Below, piece by piece: positions 1-11,635 of a stretch of 64,000 bases of DNA. The position numbers and the translations under genes are program-made. Under the pieces are notes generated by a model, which had not been told where the DNA came from, did not search any database, and worked only from the letters and a program-made list of their open reading frames with translations. The stretch's first letter is position 1; each line of letters starts with the position of its first letter. The stretch comes from Eledone cirrhosa (lineage: Eukaryota): positions 47,306,001 through 47,370,000 of the forward strand of contig OZ024740.1 of NCBI GenBank assembly GCA_964016885.1. Reading direction: 5' to 3'.

Positions 1-840
1 CAGACCTAATCGTGGAAAAACTGCATGCCTGGACAATATGTAAAGAAAATAAACGAATACTCTGATGGCTGAATAATTTTTAACATTTCCCTCGATGAAG
101 CAGGAAAAATGCAGGTTTTTACGTAATGCGGGCCCTAGGGGATCAAGAAAATGAATTTTTTATGTGCATAATATGCCTTTAAATTTCGGGAAAATCGGCT
201 AGATGTAACGCCTCCAAAAAGCCCTAAGAAGCTGAAAAAATGAAGTTTTTCCCATAATGCGGGCCCTAGGCCATAAGAAAGTTAGATTTTCTTTTCTTAT
301 GGTATGAAGAAGAGACTGACTAATACATAGTTACAATTTCAAGGAAATCGGTCTGATGTAACGCCTCAAAAAAACCCTAAAAATGTTAAACAACGCAGTT
401 TTTCACCTAATGCGGGCCCTAGGAGATAAAAAAAGTAAATTTGTTTATGTGCATAACACTCCCTGAAACATAAGTAATACACATGTAAAGTTTGAAAAAA
501 TCGGTTGGGTTTTCTCGAGTTTTAGGGATTCAAACTCACAGACACACACACACACAGGCAGACATCCTCACGGAAGTGACGTAATGTAGACAGCCAGACA
601 TACAGACAGATATTATAAGGGCACGATGTTATATGTATGTATCTATCTAAAATGAGAAAGACTAAGTATTATAGAGCGAGATCGCTAAATCGCCTTATGC
701 GGTCTCTAGGGCATTGAAAATTATTTTTGCTCAGATCACTCCCTGAAACATAAGTTTGAAAACAGTCGGTTGGGTGGTTCTCGAGTTTTATGGATTCGAA
801 CCCACACACAGACAGACACCCTCAGTTTTATATATATAGA
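1..840 (-). mobile_element. Non-autonomous Helitron-like element, 5' end, with internal tandem subrepeats; continues off the left edge
   Basis: Minus strand reads A|TCTATATATATAAAACTGAGGGTGTCTGTCTGTGTG from 841/840, i.e. an A|TC start followed by a GTCT microsatellite, as in non-autonomous Helitrons. TAATGCGGGCCCTAGG recurs at 124, 255 and 408; CACTCCCTGAAACATAAGT and TCGGTTGGGT..TTCTCGAG blocks each occur twice. The 3' CTRR end is not in the window. Confidence 0.6.
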
Positions 841-924
841 TTATTTACAATTTACATGTTGGCAGGTCTTTCTAGAAATTGGGTTGAGGGGGGGGGGGGG
901 GGGGGGTGATGATGGTATTACGTG

Positions 925-964
925 GCCATGAGGGGGCGGTGGCCCCAAAAGTTTGAGAACCTCT
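925..964. mobile_element. Possible hAT-type MITE terminus
   Basis: GTTTGAGAACCTCTG is the reverse complement of CAGAGGTTCTCAAAC, similar to Charlie-type hAT TIRs. No partner TIR seen. Confidence 0.3.
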
Positions 965-1678
965 GATTTATCACTTCATATTCTATAATCTTCATTGTAT
1001 GATATTTAATTATATTTTCTCTAGTTTCCATATTCTAATTTTAAACTTCATCACTTTATATTCTTTACTTATTTTAACAATACCATTGCCATCACCACCA
1101 TTATCCCCCACCACAACCTCCTTACATCCGCCCACCCATTATAGTTTCTCTCTATCTGTATATATATATGTATATATATTTATGTATGTATGTGTTTGTA
1201 TATTTATATTCGTATGTATATATATGTATCTATATATATAAAGTTGTAGTCCCTGTCTGTTTGGTTGTTTGTTCACGAATTCCTCCTATGGTTTTGGAGA
1301 TAGACCCCATAACCATATATATTCTGAAACTACATTGCCCAGGGTACTTGGATAACAATATTTCATTTTAATGAAAGAGTTCCCCCGAGGCACAAACCCC
1401 TGCTGAAAATGTTTCCCTTCGATTTATATGAAATTTAAACCATAGGTAAATGACAAGATATGATGCCTATTCATAAAAGTTTTGAATTGATATTTTGAAA
1501 CAAATTATTTACAAGAAACAAAATAAGAATATATGCAGTCCACTTAGGTGTAGTCCAGTTAGGGTACTCCGAGTAGTGGATGGTATCAACGCTTGGCTAA
1601 GTTTGACTCAACAAGGCGTTTCCATAGTGATGCTGCGAGTACGCTGTGATTTCTATGTTGTTTACACTTGGAGTAATG

Positions 1679-1931
1679 ATAAATCAAGAAATAAGAGTGA
1701 CACGGTTTGCTATATAATAAGGGCTTTAATCACTTTGCTGACAATTGTTTCTCTGAACTGGTAGGTCTAGAGATCGCTACTCGCCTGTTTCTGCGTCAAT
1801 TGGTGATCGATTAACGCAGAAACAGGCGGGTAGCGATCTCTAGATCTGCCAGTTCAGAGAAACAATTGTCAGCAGAGTGATTAAAACCCTTATTATATAG
1901 CAAACCGTGTCACTCTTATTTCTTGATTTAT
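1679..1931. repeat. Near-perfect ~250-bp palindrome (fold-back), probably derived from a Penelope pseudo-LTR
   Basis: Arms ~1679-1800 and ~1808-1931 are reverse complements (TAAATCAAGAAATAAGAGTGACACGGTTTGC... / ...GCAAACCGTGTCACTCTTATTTCTTGATTTA). The right arm ends in (TA)n and carries a hammerhead 3' half, GAAAC-AATT-GTC-AGCA (1859-1874). Confidence 0.9.
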
Positions 1932-2044
1932 ATATATATATTAGCCGAATTACCCGCGCCTTGCTGCATTTCACACATTCATATATATATATATATATAG
2001 TATATACGTTTGAATATGTGTAATAAAGCCAAAACAATGCAGGT

Positions 2045-2540
2045 ATGGACATAGAAAAAAGAATGCAATTGTAAAAGATATTGTTGACAATTCGTCCTTT
2101 ACCTTAGATTTATTTAAATGTCCTTAATTTTCGAGATAATATCTCTTCTTCAGAGGGAAATAAATGTCTCAAACCAGCGTTCTAAATATCTTGCCAAGCC
2201 ATGCTGACAGGTTGTTTTTTTCATATATGAGTATTTGAATTTCCTTTTACTTAAAAAAAGGGGCTCACGAAGGCTTTTTTTAAATAAACGTAATTTGATT
2301 GGTTATAAATGAAATTATGGCTGTCACGTGAACAAATTTTCATTAAATTTCGCGCCTTATTTGGAAATCTATACTGTAGCCTTTTTAGAGAATTGTATGA
2401 CAAGCTAAATATAATGGTCAAGAGAAATGGGATGGGAGAATTGTTCTGGTTCAGTGAATATGGTTAGTTCGCTGGGGTATCAGAATTCAGATTTTCTATT
2501 GAAATAAAGAAAGTAAAGATATGTATGTTTATTTGTGTGC

Positions 2541-2580
<40 letters not shown>

Positions 2581-2829
2581 TGGAAGATGATTCTATTAGT
2601 AGAAATGGGGGAGGGAGTTGTGTGTGTGGGAGTATGTTAAGATGGAGAGAATATATATATTTTGTGTGTGTGTGTATATATGTGTGTAGGAAAGTGATTC
2701 TATTAGTAGAAATGGGGGAGGGAGTTGTGTGTGTGGGGGGGTAGGGGTTGTTATGTGTGTGTATGGGTGTTATGTGTGTGTGGGAGTATGGTTAGCATGC
2801 TAAGATGAAGAGAATATATATATATATAT

Positions 2830-2884
<55 letters not shown>

Positions 2885-3298
2885 GAAAATGATTCCTTTA
2901 GTAGGAATATTTTTGAATGAACATATTTTCCTTACTTATTCGTATTTGTTCTGTTGTATTGTCAGCGCAAACGTATGTTAAGGTTTATTTAGTTCGGGTT
3001 TTTATTTTCTAAAGTAGAAGGTGTTATGTGTGTGTGTATGTGTCTGTTTGGATAGTTAGCATGTTATGGTGTTGACATAATGTATATTAAACCATATTTA
3101 ATGCTGGTCTATATTTTTGAATAAACATATTTTCATTATTTATTCGTATTTGTTCTGTTGTATTGCAAAGGTAACATGGGAAGACTTCGAATTTGGGTGT
3201 CTTATTACTTGCGCATATGTCTAGATGTGCGCTTAGTGGTATCTGTCTCGTGGTTGGATCTCGTAATTGTTGGCGATGAACTGTCATTCTGTTTCTGA

Positions 3299-3300
<2 letters not shown>
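2045..3300 (-). mobile_element. Decayed Penelope-like element, 3' part (GIY-YIG C-terminus, 3' UTR, degenerate hammerhead)
   Basis: 3087-3297 translates as RMTVHRQQLRDPTTRQIPLSAHLDICAS...FEVFPCY...RINNENMFIQKYRPALN, typical of the end of a PLE GIY-YIG domain. A partial duplicate lies at ~2905-2965. Minus strand near 2110-2156 reads CCT-CTGAAGA-AGAGATATTATCTC-GAAA-AT-TA-AGG. Truncated against (TA)n at 3304. Confidence 0.7.
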
Positions 3301-3354
<54 letters not shown>

Positions 3355-3358
<4 letters not shown>

Positions 3359-3486
3359 CGAAGGAAATGTGGTAAGGAGCCAGATGGACCATAACGCACC
3401 AAAGTACTCGATACTTAGGGTAGTAGAGTGGGTAATAGGAACGAGTGGCTGAACTCAAGCCGTTTCGACGGCTAATTCTGGAGTCC
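3355..3486 (+). mobile_element. Short TA-embedded interspersed repeat (family C); other copies at ~12935-13050 (-), 33150-33342 (+) and 37982-38131 (+)
   Basis: Shared sequence ATAACGAAGGAAATGTGGTAAGGAGCCAGATGGACCATAACGCACCAAAGTACTCGATACTTAGGGTAGTAGAGTGGGTAATAGGAA plus a GCCGTCGAAACGGCTTGAG module. All copies abut TA-rich repeats. Confidence 0.8.
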
Positions 3487-4119
3487 ATATATATGTATAT
3501 GTATGTATGTATATTTTTATATGTATTTTTATATGTATATGTTTGTCTTTACATATATATTTATTTATATATATGTAGGCATTTGTGTATGTGTATTTAG
3601 TATGTATCCATATGTATGAGTATGTGTATGTATATGTTTTGTATATATGCATATGTATGTTATATGTACATTTGTGTCTATATGTGCGATTATATATATA
3701 TATGTATGTTTGTATATATTCCTCTTCTTCATTAACCCCCTACACATCCACCTTCACCCTCATCACCTGCTAGATCTTTATATTTGTCCAATTCATCTAT
3801 TTCAACTGATCAACCTTAAAAACTATTTTCTGCAAATGTCCATTATCATTTTCTTCTACTCTGCTCCCCTCCACTGTCACTACTATCCTGTCCCCTCTAT
3901 CTTAACTCCCAATCTCCAATTACTCCCCTTGAGTTTTCCCTTATTTCTGCTGACTCTGGTATTGAATTTTAGTTATTGAATCTTGTCTGTTGACCCTGGG
4001 AGAATCAGGTGAAACTTCAAAGTAACAAGATTCACTAATTAGCCTTAATAAAATTAATATTCGGCTGTTAACTGCCCCCCCCCCCCCCCCCACACATATA
4101 TATATGTGTGTGTGTGTGT

Positions 4120-4207
<88 letters not shown>

Positions 4208-4373
4208 CTCTGCTCTGTAATACATCTGATAATTTACATTGAGCTATTTCTCTTATTGGTAATCGGGTAGTGCAGCATACTACCCTTTCATATTTATAAT
4301 TATATATAACTAATTTAAGCTATCATAACATATATATTATGTATGATGAATATATATATATATATATATATAT

Positions 4374-4397
<24 letters not shown>

Positions 4398-4407
<10 letters not shown>

Positions 4408-4612
4408 ATAATTGTTTCTACTTTTGGCACAAGGCCAGCAATTACACAGTACATTACTGGTACTTTATTTTATCGACCTCGTATGGATGAAAGGCAAAGT
4501 TAACCTCGGCGGGATTTGAAATCAGATCATAAAGGGACATAACTATGCTAGAAAGCATGTCCGACCCTCTACCGATACTGCCAATTCACCGCTTTATATA
4601 GATAATAATAAT
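4398..4612 (-). mobile_element. tRNA-derived SINE (family A) with 15-bp target-site duplication
   Basis: Minus strand has an A box (TGGCAGTATCGG), a B-box-like GATTTCAAATCCCG, the core GCCTTTCATCC..GTCGATAAAATAAAGTACCAG and the tail GCCTTGTGCCAAAAGTAGAAAC(AAT)n. ATAGATAATAATAAT occurs at 4398-4412 and 4598-4612. Confidence 0.85.
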
Positions 4613-4801
4613 GATACTATTTATAGTTATGTATATACTATAAACAACTATAAACAGGAAAGGTCAGTAATTTCTTACTACCTTATTACCAGTAAGAGAA
4701 ATAGCTCAATGTAAGAGCATCAGGTGTTTTACAGAGCAGGAATATATATATATGATTGTTCAGTTGAATAGGAGGCTAATTATATGTACAAACATTGCTA
4801 A

Positions 4802-4848
4802 TGCTCCGATGATTCCAAACGAAAGTTTGGAAGAAACGATTGTCAGCA
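4802..4848 (+). ncRNA. Type I hammerhead ribozyme, CCGAUGA core variant
   Basis: TGCT-CCGATGA-TTCCAAAC(GAAA)GTTTGGAA-GAAAC-GATT-GTC-AGCA: stem I TGCT/AGCA, 8-bp stem II, GUC cleavage triplet at 4842-4844. Confidence 0.8.
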
Positions 4849-4956
4849 ATTAAATGATTTGAACATAACTTTGATAATTGTGTAATTTATATATAGATAT
4901 ATACATATTCATCATATATAATACAATATGTACAAAAATTTCGTATCTCCAAAGAA

Positions 4957-5027
4957 ATACGGTTTTAGGAAGCCGTAGCTATGTAAACACCCGGTGTTTG
5001 CATAGCTACGGCTTCTTAAAACCGTAT
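4957..5027. repeat. ~70-bp palindrome
   Basis: ATACGGTTTTAGGAAGCCGTAGCTATGTAAACACC-C-GGTGTTTGCATAGCTACGGCTTCTTAAAACCGTAT. Confidence 0.9.
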
Positions 5028-5170
5028 ATATACACTAATTTAAGCTATCATAACATATATATTATGTATGATGAATATGTTTCTCGGCAGAAAAGCTCAA
5101 TGGACGGTTCTCCAGAGGATCAATTGATTCTCTAATGATATTTGGCTACATATATATATTTTTGAATTTG

Positions 5171-5213
<43 letters not shown>

Positions 5214-5299
5214 GTACTTTTAATAGGAGTGAATGTGTAAGTATGTTTGTATATATATGTATTGACCAATAGTTCTTAACCATAAACTCATGTCAACCC

Positions 5300-6465
5300 A
5301 GTTACGCAACCAATTACATATCTTCTTATGCTGAATTATTTCCCATGAGTCAGTGAATCATAAATAAAAAAAGTAAGGACGTTTAACATATAACTAGGGT
5401 TTTTTTTAAAAATATAATATAATATATAGAGGAAAGCTAATGTGTTAAAGCTATGAAGGTGACAATCATATATTTTCATAAAGGAGAGTGGTTTCTCATC
5501 GGAGATTGAAGTTATGAATAGTAGAAACTGTAGATATCAGAATTAATAGCACGTTAAATGAAGGGAAATGGAGGATATGGTTGCTCCGGATAATAGCTAA
5601 GCGAATAGCTAATTATTAATCCAATCAATCTGGTGGTGGTATAAATTTCCCGTATTTGGAGAAGAACTTTGCTGGGATATTTAGGAACTCGACAGATTTA
5701 TTAAGGTTATTGTGTATGAGTCTCGTTTTAGCTATGCACAATCCACATATTGTAATATTTCTGTATAATCAGCATTTTTTAAAGAAATTACATATGATCG
5801 GAAGCTGTAGTATGTTCTTTCATATACCATACATAATTTTGATACTTTTCTCTTTCCAAAATTCTGAAAGAAGAAGCATGATTGAAGTATCGTTAATTAA
5901 CTTTCTCTTTCACCATACTTCCGTTGTATTTCCAACGATGTATAGCTCCGACTTGCATGATAAACTGATGGGGCATATATATGTATTTCTTTATGTGAAA
6001 TTGGTCTACTTTGATTTACTCGGATTGCTTGCTATTCAGATTTTTATATTGCTAGTAAAACTCTAACAGAATTATTTCGATTCAATTTTTTCTGTTTCTA
6101 TGTCAGAAAGGGAATGTTTGTTTATGAAGTTTGGGGCGTTTTCAGACATTTTTAGATCATATGCCAGCGTTTATACTTACTATCAAACAGTTTAGGTTAG
6201 AGTGTATGTGATCTTATATTAAAATTCTCTAGCTTGCAGTGCAGTATAGCAGTAAGACGCAATATGATTATTTCTTTCATTAATAAGGTTTGAGGAGATG
6301 GTAGATATATATATTTTCATATCTGTGATTGTTTCATTAGGTTAGATTTGTTGTTTGCATGTATCTGTCGCTAGAATAAGAGTAGCGCCTGAGACATTTA
6401 CAGTACTTGGTTTATTGGTGATAGTTATTTTTAGACTGAAATTATTGAAATTGTAAATAAGGATA
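5300..6465 (-). mobile_element. Heavily decayed Penelope-like element (RT thumb and GIY-YIG remnants)
   Basis: Minus strand ~6320-6455 translates FNNFSLKITITNKPSTVNVSGATLIL...PNETI, which aligns with FKNFNLSITMDKNTKNVNFLDATLYL...PNEKL of the PLE at 60.2 kb. ~5870-5990 gives YICPISLSCKSELYIVGNTTE, a GIY-YIG-like segment. Contains many stops and frameshifts. Confidence 0.6.
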
Positions 6466-6499
6466 TTTTTTAGTACATCCCACCATCTCTATATAAGCC

Positions 6500-6651
<152 letters not shown>

Positions 6652-6849
6652 TAGCGAAAAGTGAAGAAAAAGAAAGACTAGAGAGCTGGATATACAAATA
6701 CACACACACACATGTACACATACAGACACACACACACACACACATACATACAGACATATATATATATATACAGAGAGAGAGAGAGAGAGAGAGGAAGGGA
6801 GAGAGAGCGAGAGAGAAAGAGAAACAGTAGCACAGGTACATACATACAT

Positions 6850-7185
6850 AAATTTTGTTAGAGTTTGGATTCTCTTCCTTACATGTGAGTGCCAGGAGTC
6901 CCTTGACTTGATAAAGTTTCAATGAACGCCATAGTAACTAATTTCGTCCTTAGACCTCCACCAAGGTGTATTGGCTGTATCGTTTCTGTTAGAACAAAGT
7001 ATCACGGGTATATTTCATGGGGTTAGTCTCTCTGTGGTGCTGTTTATACTTGTAGTGACCGCATTATCTCTTTTGATGAGTACATCTGAAGGGTACGCGA
7101 CTGGCTCACAAGAAGAAAGAGACACAAACCTGGCACAGGGCATCTTTGTGGGTTACCTGAACTTATATACTAAAAATAGTAATGT
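6850..7185 (+). pseudogene. Decayed fragment of R4/Dong-type reverse transcriptase
   Basis: GIFHGVSLSVVLFILVVTALSLLM...TNL...FVGYLNLYTKN parallels GIFQGDSLSVILVILSLNPLSFLL...TNLTHNFFVDDLKLYAKN of the element at 8.4-8.6 kb. Starts after a (TACA)n tract. Confidence 0.7.
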
Positions 7186-7286
7186 TAGCTGACATGGCAT
7201 AGTTACGACATTCTTAAAATACTATTTATACTTTCGAGTATACATACATACAAACATACATATATACATACAAACATATATATATA

Positions 7287-7350
<64 letters not shown>

Positions 7351-7424
7351 CATACATACACACATATATACATACATACATACATACATACATACTTACA
7401 TACATACACATATACATGCTACAT

Positions 7425-7855
7425 AATGGTTGCATCTCGGTTTCGAGAATTGCCCCCTCATGACCTTTTCTTTATATATCAGTGGCACGAGCATGATCTT
7501 TTAACCCTACCAATAACTTAGATTCCTTTCTACATATGCTGCAGCGAAAGAAAAAGATAAAGGCCATGATCACACAACACAAGTGTAGGTCGTTTACATT
7601 AACTGATACCTGTGCTTGAAGCTTTTATGAGTGAAGAAAGTTCTTGTACTGGACCAATCCCACTCTCTGCACAATAATGACAGGTATCCAAAAAGAAAAA
7701 TAGATCAACCTCATTGACTGCCATCGACTCGCATGTTTTAAATCAGAATTTTCATTCTCCTAGAATGATGTCCTAACAAGAACTAGGGGTATCTTGCTTC
7801 TGGTGGACTAACAGCGCACTCGGACAGTAAATCGAGTATATCCATGTCCCCGCTC
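7425..7855. mobile_element. Diverged copy of the TACA-embedded repeat also present at 10352-10915
   Basis: CTGTGCTTGAAGCTTTTAT..CCAATCCCACTCTCT..CCAAAAAGAA..TCAACCTCATTG..TTTTCATTCTCCTAGAA is collinear with 10570-10715. Flanked by (TACA)n on both sides. Confidence 0.6.
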
Positions 7856-7909
7856 ATACATACATACAAACATATATACATACATACAAGCCTACATACA
7901 TACATAAAA

Positions 7910-10335
7910 TATTCTATCGGAGGTATCTTACTGAGCTCTACCAACAAGTTCTTAAGGAAGATACACTTATACCAGACTGGTTGACATTAGCACAAACGTT
8001 ACTGGTCCCCAAGAACAAAGACACCCACTTGGCAAAAAACTACCGACCCATTGCATGCCAGAACCTGATGTATAAGATGTATACAGCCTGCCTGAACCTA
8101 TTCCTCCAAGATCACTGTAAATAATAACACCATCACAGATGAACAAGCAGCTGGAAAGAAAAGGGTTTGGGATGTGCTGAACAACTCCTAATCAACAAAA
8201 CTGCGATGTTGGGGGTGCGACAACTTAGGAGGAATATGACTACAGTCGGGCTGGACTGCAAGAAAGCTTTCGATTCTGTTCCCCACTCTTGGATGATAGA
8301 GGCCCCCCAACTTGCTAAAGAGACATAGAGAGGCTGTCTTCTTCTTGGGCTACTATCCTAAGGTTAAAGGCAGAAAGGGAGGACTCTATTTTCACTGATA
8401 AAATAAAATATTGCAGGGGTATATTTCAGGGGGACAGTCTCTCTGTGATATTGGTCATCTTGTCATTAAACCCCTTGTCCTTTCTGCTCAAGAAATGTGA
8501 GGGATAAATGTGAGGACAGAAACACGAACCTAACCCATAACTTCTTTGTGGACGATCTGAAACTCTATGCCAAGAACATGGATGGGATGAAGAAAAATCT
8601 TGACCTGGTTACAACGTTCTCAAAGGATATAGGAATGGAGTTTGGCCAAGATAAATGCTCATACATGACTGTAAAGCGGGGGAAAACAACAACCCAATCT
8701 AGCAACATTGTCATCAATGGCATAACTATTTCACCGATATCTGATGAGGACTGCCACATATACCTGGGGATAGATGAGAACATATCCTATAATGGTATCT
8801 GTAATAAAGAACGCGTAACCAGGGAATGCTACACCCGATTAAGAAAGATCTGGTCATCGGAACTCTCTACGCTAAACAAAACAGTGGCTCACAATGTGTT
8901 TGCTGTGCCTGTCTTAACATCAACGTTTGGAATACTCAATTGGACGATAGACGAAATCCGAGCAGTTGATGTTGGAACTCGAAAATTACTGAAGAACACC
9001 GGAAACTTCCACATCACCAGTGACATAGACCGCCTTTATTTGAAACGTAAGCAGGGAGGCAGAGGCGTAACATCAGTCCAGAGAACATTTGAATGTCGCA
9101 TCATATCTCTCCGACAGCATCTACGTACCTCGAAGCGTAGGAGCCCGCTTCTCGAGCAAGTCTATCTGCATGAAACAGATAAGATCATGAGAGTTGGGAA
9201 GGAACTCCTTGTGAGATATTCCTTGTGTGATAATCAAAAACTCACACCCAGGGATGTCGCCCAGCAGTATCGCAGTGAATCCATGGATGAAAAACTGCAT
9301 GCCTATCAGCAAATAATCATGCATGGATATGTTGCCAGGAATCTCCAGAGTGAGAGTAATATAGATAAGGAAAGTAGTCTATCTTGGACCAACAACCGCT
9401 ATATTGGCTCCCACTTTGAAGGATACGCTTTTGCAATCCAGGAACAGGAGATTAGCACGAAATACCTGATTAACAAAAGAGATAGGGATGCAGGCAAAAC
9501 ACCTAGATGGGATAACAAGTGCAGACTCTGCAGAACTAACATCGAGGATATCACCCATGTCATCAGCAGCTGTCCAAAGATGTCATTGCGGTACTATCTA
9601 CCTATGAGGCATGATGTAGTGGCCAAAACACTGTACGATACAATCCGTAAAAAAAGATAGCCCCGATAATAAAGACATTAAAAGCTACAACAATGTGGAA
9701 GACATCCATGTACATAATATGAACGAGTACTGGTGGAATGTTCCAGTAAAAAACCCCAATAAAATGCAGGCATAACAGACCAGATATTATGATATGGGAC
9801 AGGGAGAAGAGAACATGCACAGTAGTGGAAATTAGATGCCCAGCAGATGCCAATATAATATCAAAGATTAGTGAAAAGGAGAATATTTATGCAGAACTGA
9901 TGAGAAATCTGAAGATATTCCACCCTGATTACACGTTCAGATTTATGCCTGTGATTATTGGGGCACTGGGGTATGTTAGTAACTGCCTCAATACAAATCT
10001 TGAGAATCTAGGCTTCACAGGAACAGAAAGAACACAACTAGTTAGGAAACTACAAGTACAATCCATTAATGGAACAGTAAAAATATGTAAAACATTCCAA
10101 AGATTTTGCATCTAATAACTGCATATACACATGTACAGATACAAAGCATATACACATGCACACATACAACTCAAAACATCCACATCCACACATACAATAA
10201 CATCCATATCTACACATGCATACTTATCTACCTAGTGATGTTGTATAAATTCCAATGAGAGAGTCTTGTGTCTATGTTAGAAACCGACTCTCTCTCTATT
10301 GGTAAAACTTTGTGAAATTATAAAACCAGAAGAAC
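7910..10335 (+). mobile_element. 5'-truncated non-LTR retrotransposon of the R4/Dong (restriction-like endonuclease) type, inactivated by frameshifts and a stop
   Basis: RT motifs PDWLTLAQTLLVPK, NYRPIACQNLMYK, KKAFDSVPHSW, GIFQGDSLS, FFVDDLKLY, YLGI and DIDRLYLKRKQGGRG; CCHC knuckle KCRLCRTNIEDITHVISSC; RHD motif; PD-(D/E)xK-like RPDIMIWD..VVEIRCP..KISEKENIY. The 3' UTR has a hairpin and a (TACA)n tail. Confidence 0.92.
8497..9660 (+). pseudogene. Longest open fragment of the R4/Dong ORF (RT C-terminal part, thumb, CCHC); endonuclease continues in 9789-10115
   Basis: The 387-aa ORF contains FFVDDLKLY and CxxC-x8-H-x4-C and ends at a premature TAG (9658-9660). The 108-aa ORF at 9789-10115 carries the RLE motifs. 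Confidence 0.9.
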
Positions 10336-10351
10336 ATACATACACACATAC

Positions 10352-11254
10352 ATGGTGACTGCCAACTCGTTTTCGAGTACGGCCACTACTTTATATCCAT
10401 GTAGGAGAACCCCTACCGATGCGCCGAACGAGTGTGACTTTTTAGTCCAGCCAGCGACTTGAAAACTCTGGTACAAACACTGCACTTGTGACAATTATTG
10501 CCACATAGTGCTGGGCTCATGGTACCATGTGACGAGAAGTGCAGAGAGATCTCCAGATATAAAGCAATGCCTGTGCCGTGAAGCTTTTATAGTGAGCAAA
10601 GGCACTGCACAAAGCCAGTCCCACTCTCTTGACCAAGATGATATTTACCAAAAAGAAGAACAAGTCAACATCATTGGATACCATCAGGGTTGCAGAGTTT
10701 TCCTTCTCCTAGAAGGGGTTATCTCTCCCGGTGATTTTTGATGGCCATTGACTCTTAAGAGCTCCTTTGCCCTTTGACAGTTCCTGTTTTTAGTCCTGCA
10801 GGATGTCCAAAGTCACCCTCCTCACTCACCAAGAAACCTTGGTGGGGTTGCCAATTTAGTCGCCAACGACCCGACCATGAGACAGGTTGTACTGGGATAC
10901 ATGTTACCAGTAGCATACATACATACATACATACATACATACAAACCTACATACAATTCAACATCATTGGATACCATCAGGGTTGCAGGTGTTATATCAG
11001 AGTTTTCCTTCTCCTAGAATTCTGCCTTGACAAAGGCTAAGGGGTCATCTCTCCCGGTGATTTTGGATGGCTATTGACTCTTAAGAGCCCCTTTGACTTT
11101 TGACAGGTTTTGTTTTTAGTCCTGCAGGATGTCCAAAGCCACCCTCCTCACCAAGTAACCTTGGTGGGGTTGCCAGTTTAGTCGCCAACGACCCGACCAT
11201 GAGACAGGTTGTACTGGGATACATGTTACCAGTAGCACCAACTGGTGACCTGAC
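10352..11254 (-). mobile_element. Two tandem copies (10352-10915 and 10955-11254) of a non-coding repeat with an RTE-5'-UTR-like motif
   Basis: About 250 bp are near-identical between the copies. The minus strand contains CTAGGAGAAGGAAAACTCTG, a motif I recall from RTE 5' UTRs and related SINEs. Each copy is bounded by (TACA)n. Orientation is inferred. Confidence 0.6.
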
Positions 11255-11321
11255 ATACATACATACATACATACATACATACATACATACATACATACAT
11301 ACATACATACATACATACATA

Positions 11322-11570
11322 CATTCCAAAAATTTTGCATCTAATAACTTCATATACACATGTACAGATACAAAGCATATACACATGCACACATACAACT
11401 CAAAACATACACATCCATACAATAATATCCATATCTACACATGCATGCATACATACATATCTACCTAGTTGATGTGTAAATTCCAATGAGAGAGTCTTGT
11501 GTCTATGTTAGAAACCGACTCTCTCTCTATTGGTAAAACTTTGTAAAATTATAAAACCAGAAGAACATAC
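11322..11570 (+). mobile_element. Second, severely 5'-truncated copy of the R4/Dong element (end of ORF plus 3' UTR)
   Basis: Near-identical to 10093-10340, including the CCAATGAGAGAGTC...GACTCTCTCTCTATTGG hairpin. Sits in (TACA)n. Confidence 0.92.
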
Positions 11571-11603
11571 ATGCATACATACATACATACATACATACAT
11601 ACA

Positions 11604-11635
<32 letters not shown>

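Noticed and set aside
1940-1968. TTAGCCGAATTACCCGCGCCTTGCTGC resembling a Helitron 3' hairpin plus CTAA on the minus strand
   Set aside because: Only ~28 bp with no associated body. It lies on the wrong side to pair with the 5' end at 840.
8565-10111. Minus-strand ORFs overlapping the R4/Dong element (and likewise 59613-60912 for Penelope)
   Set aside because: Antisense shadows of the real coding frame.
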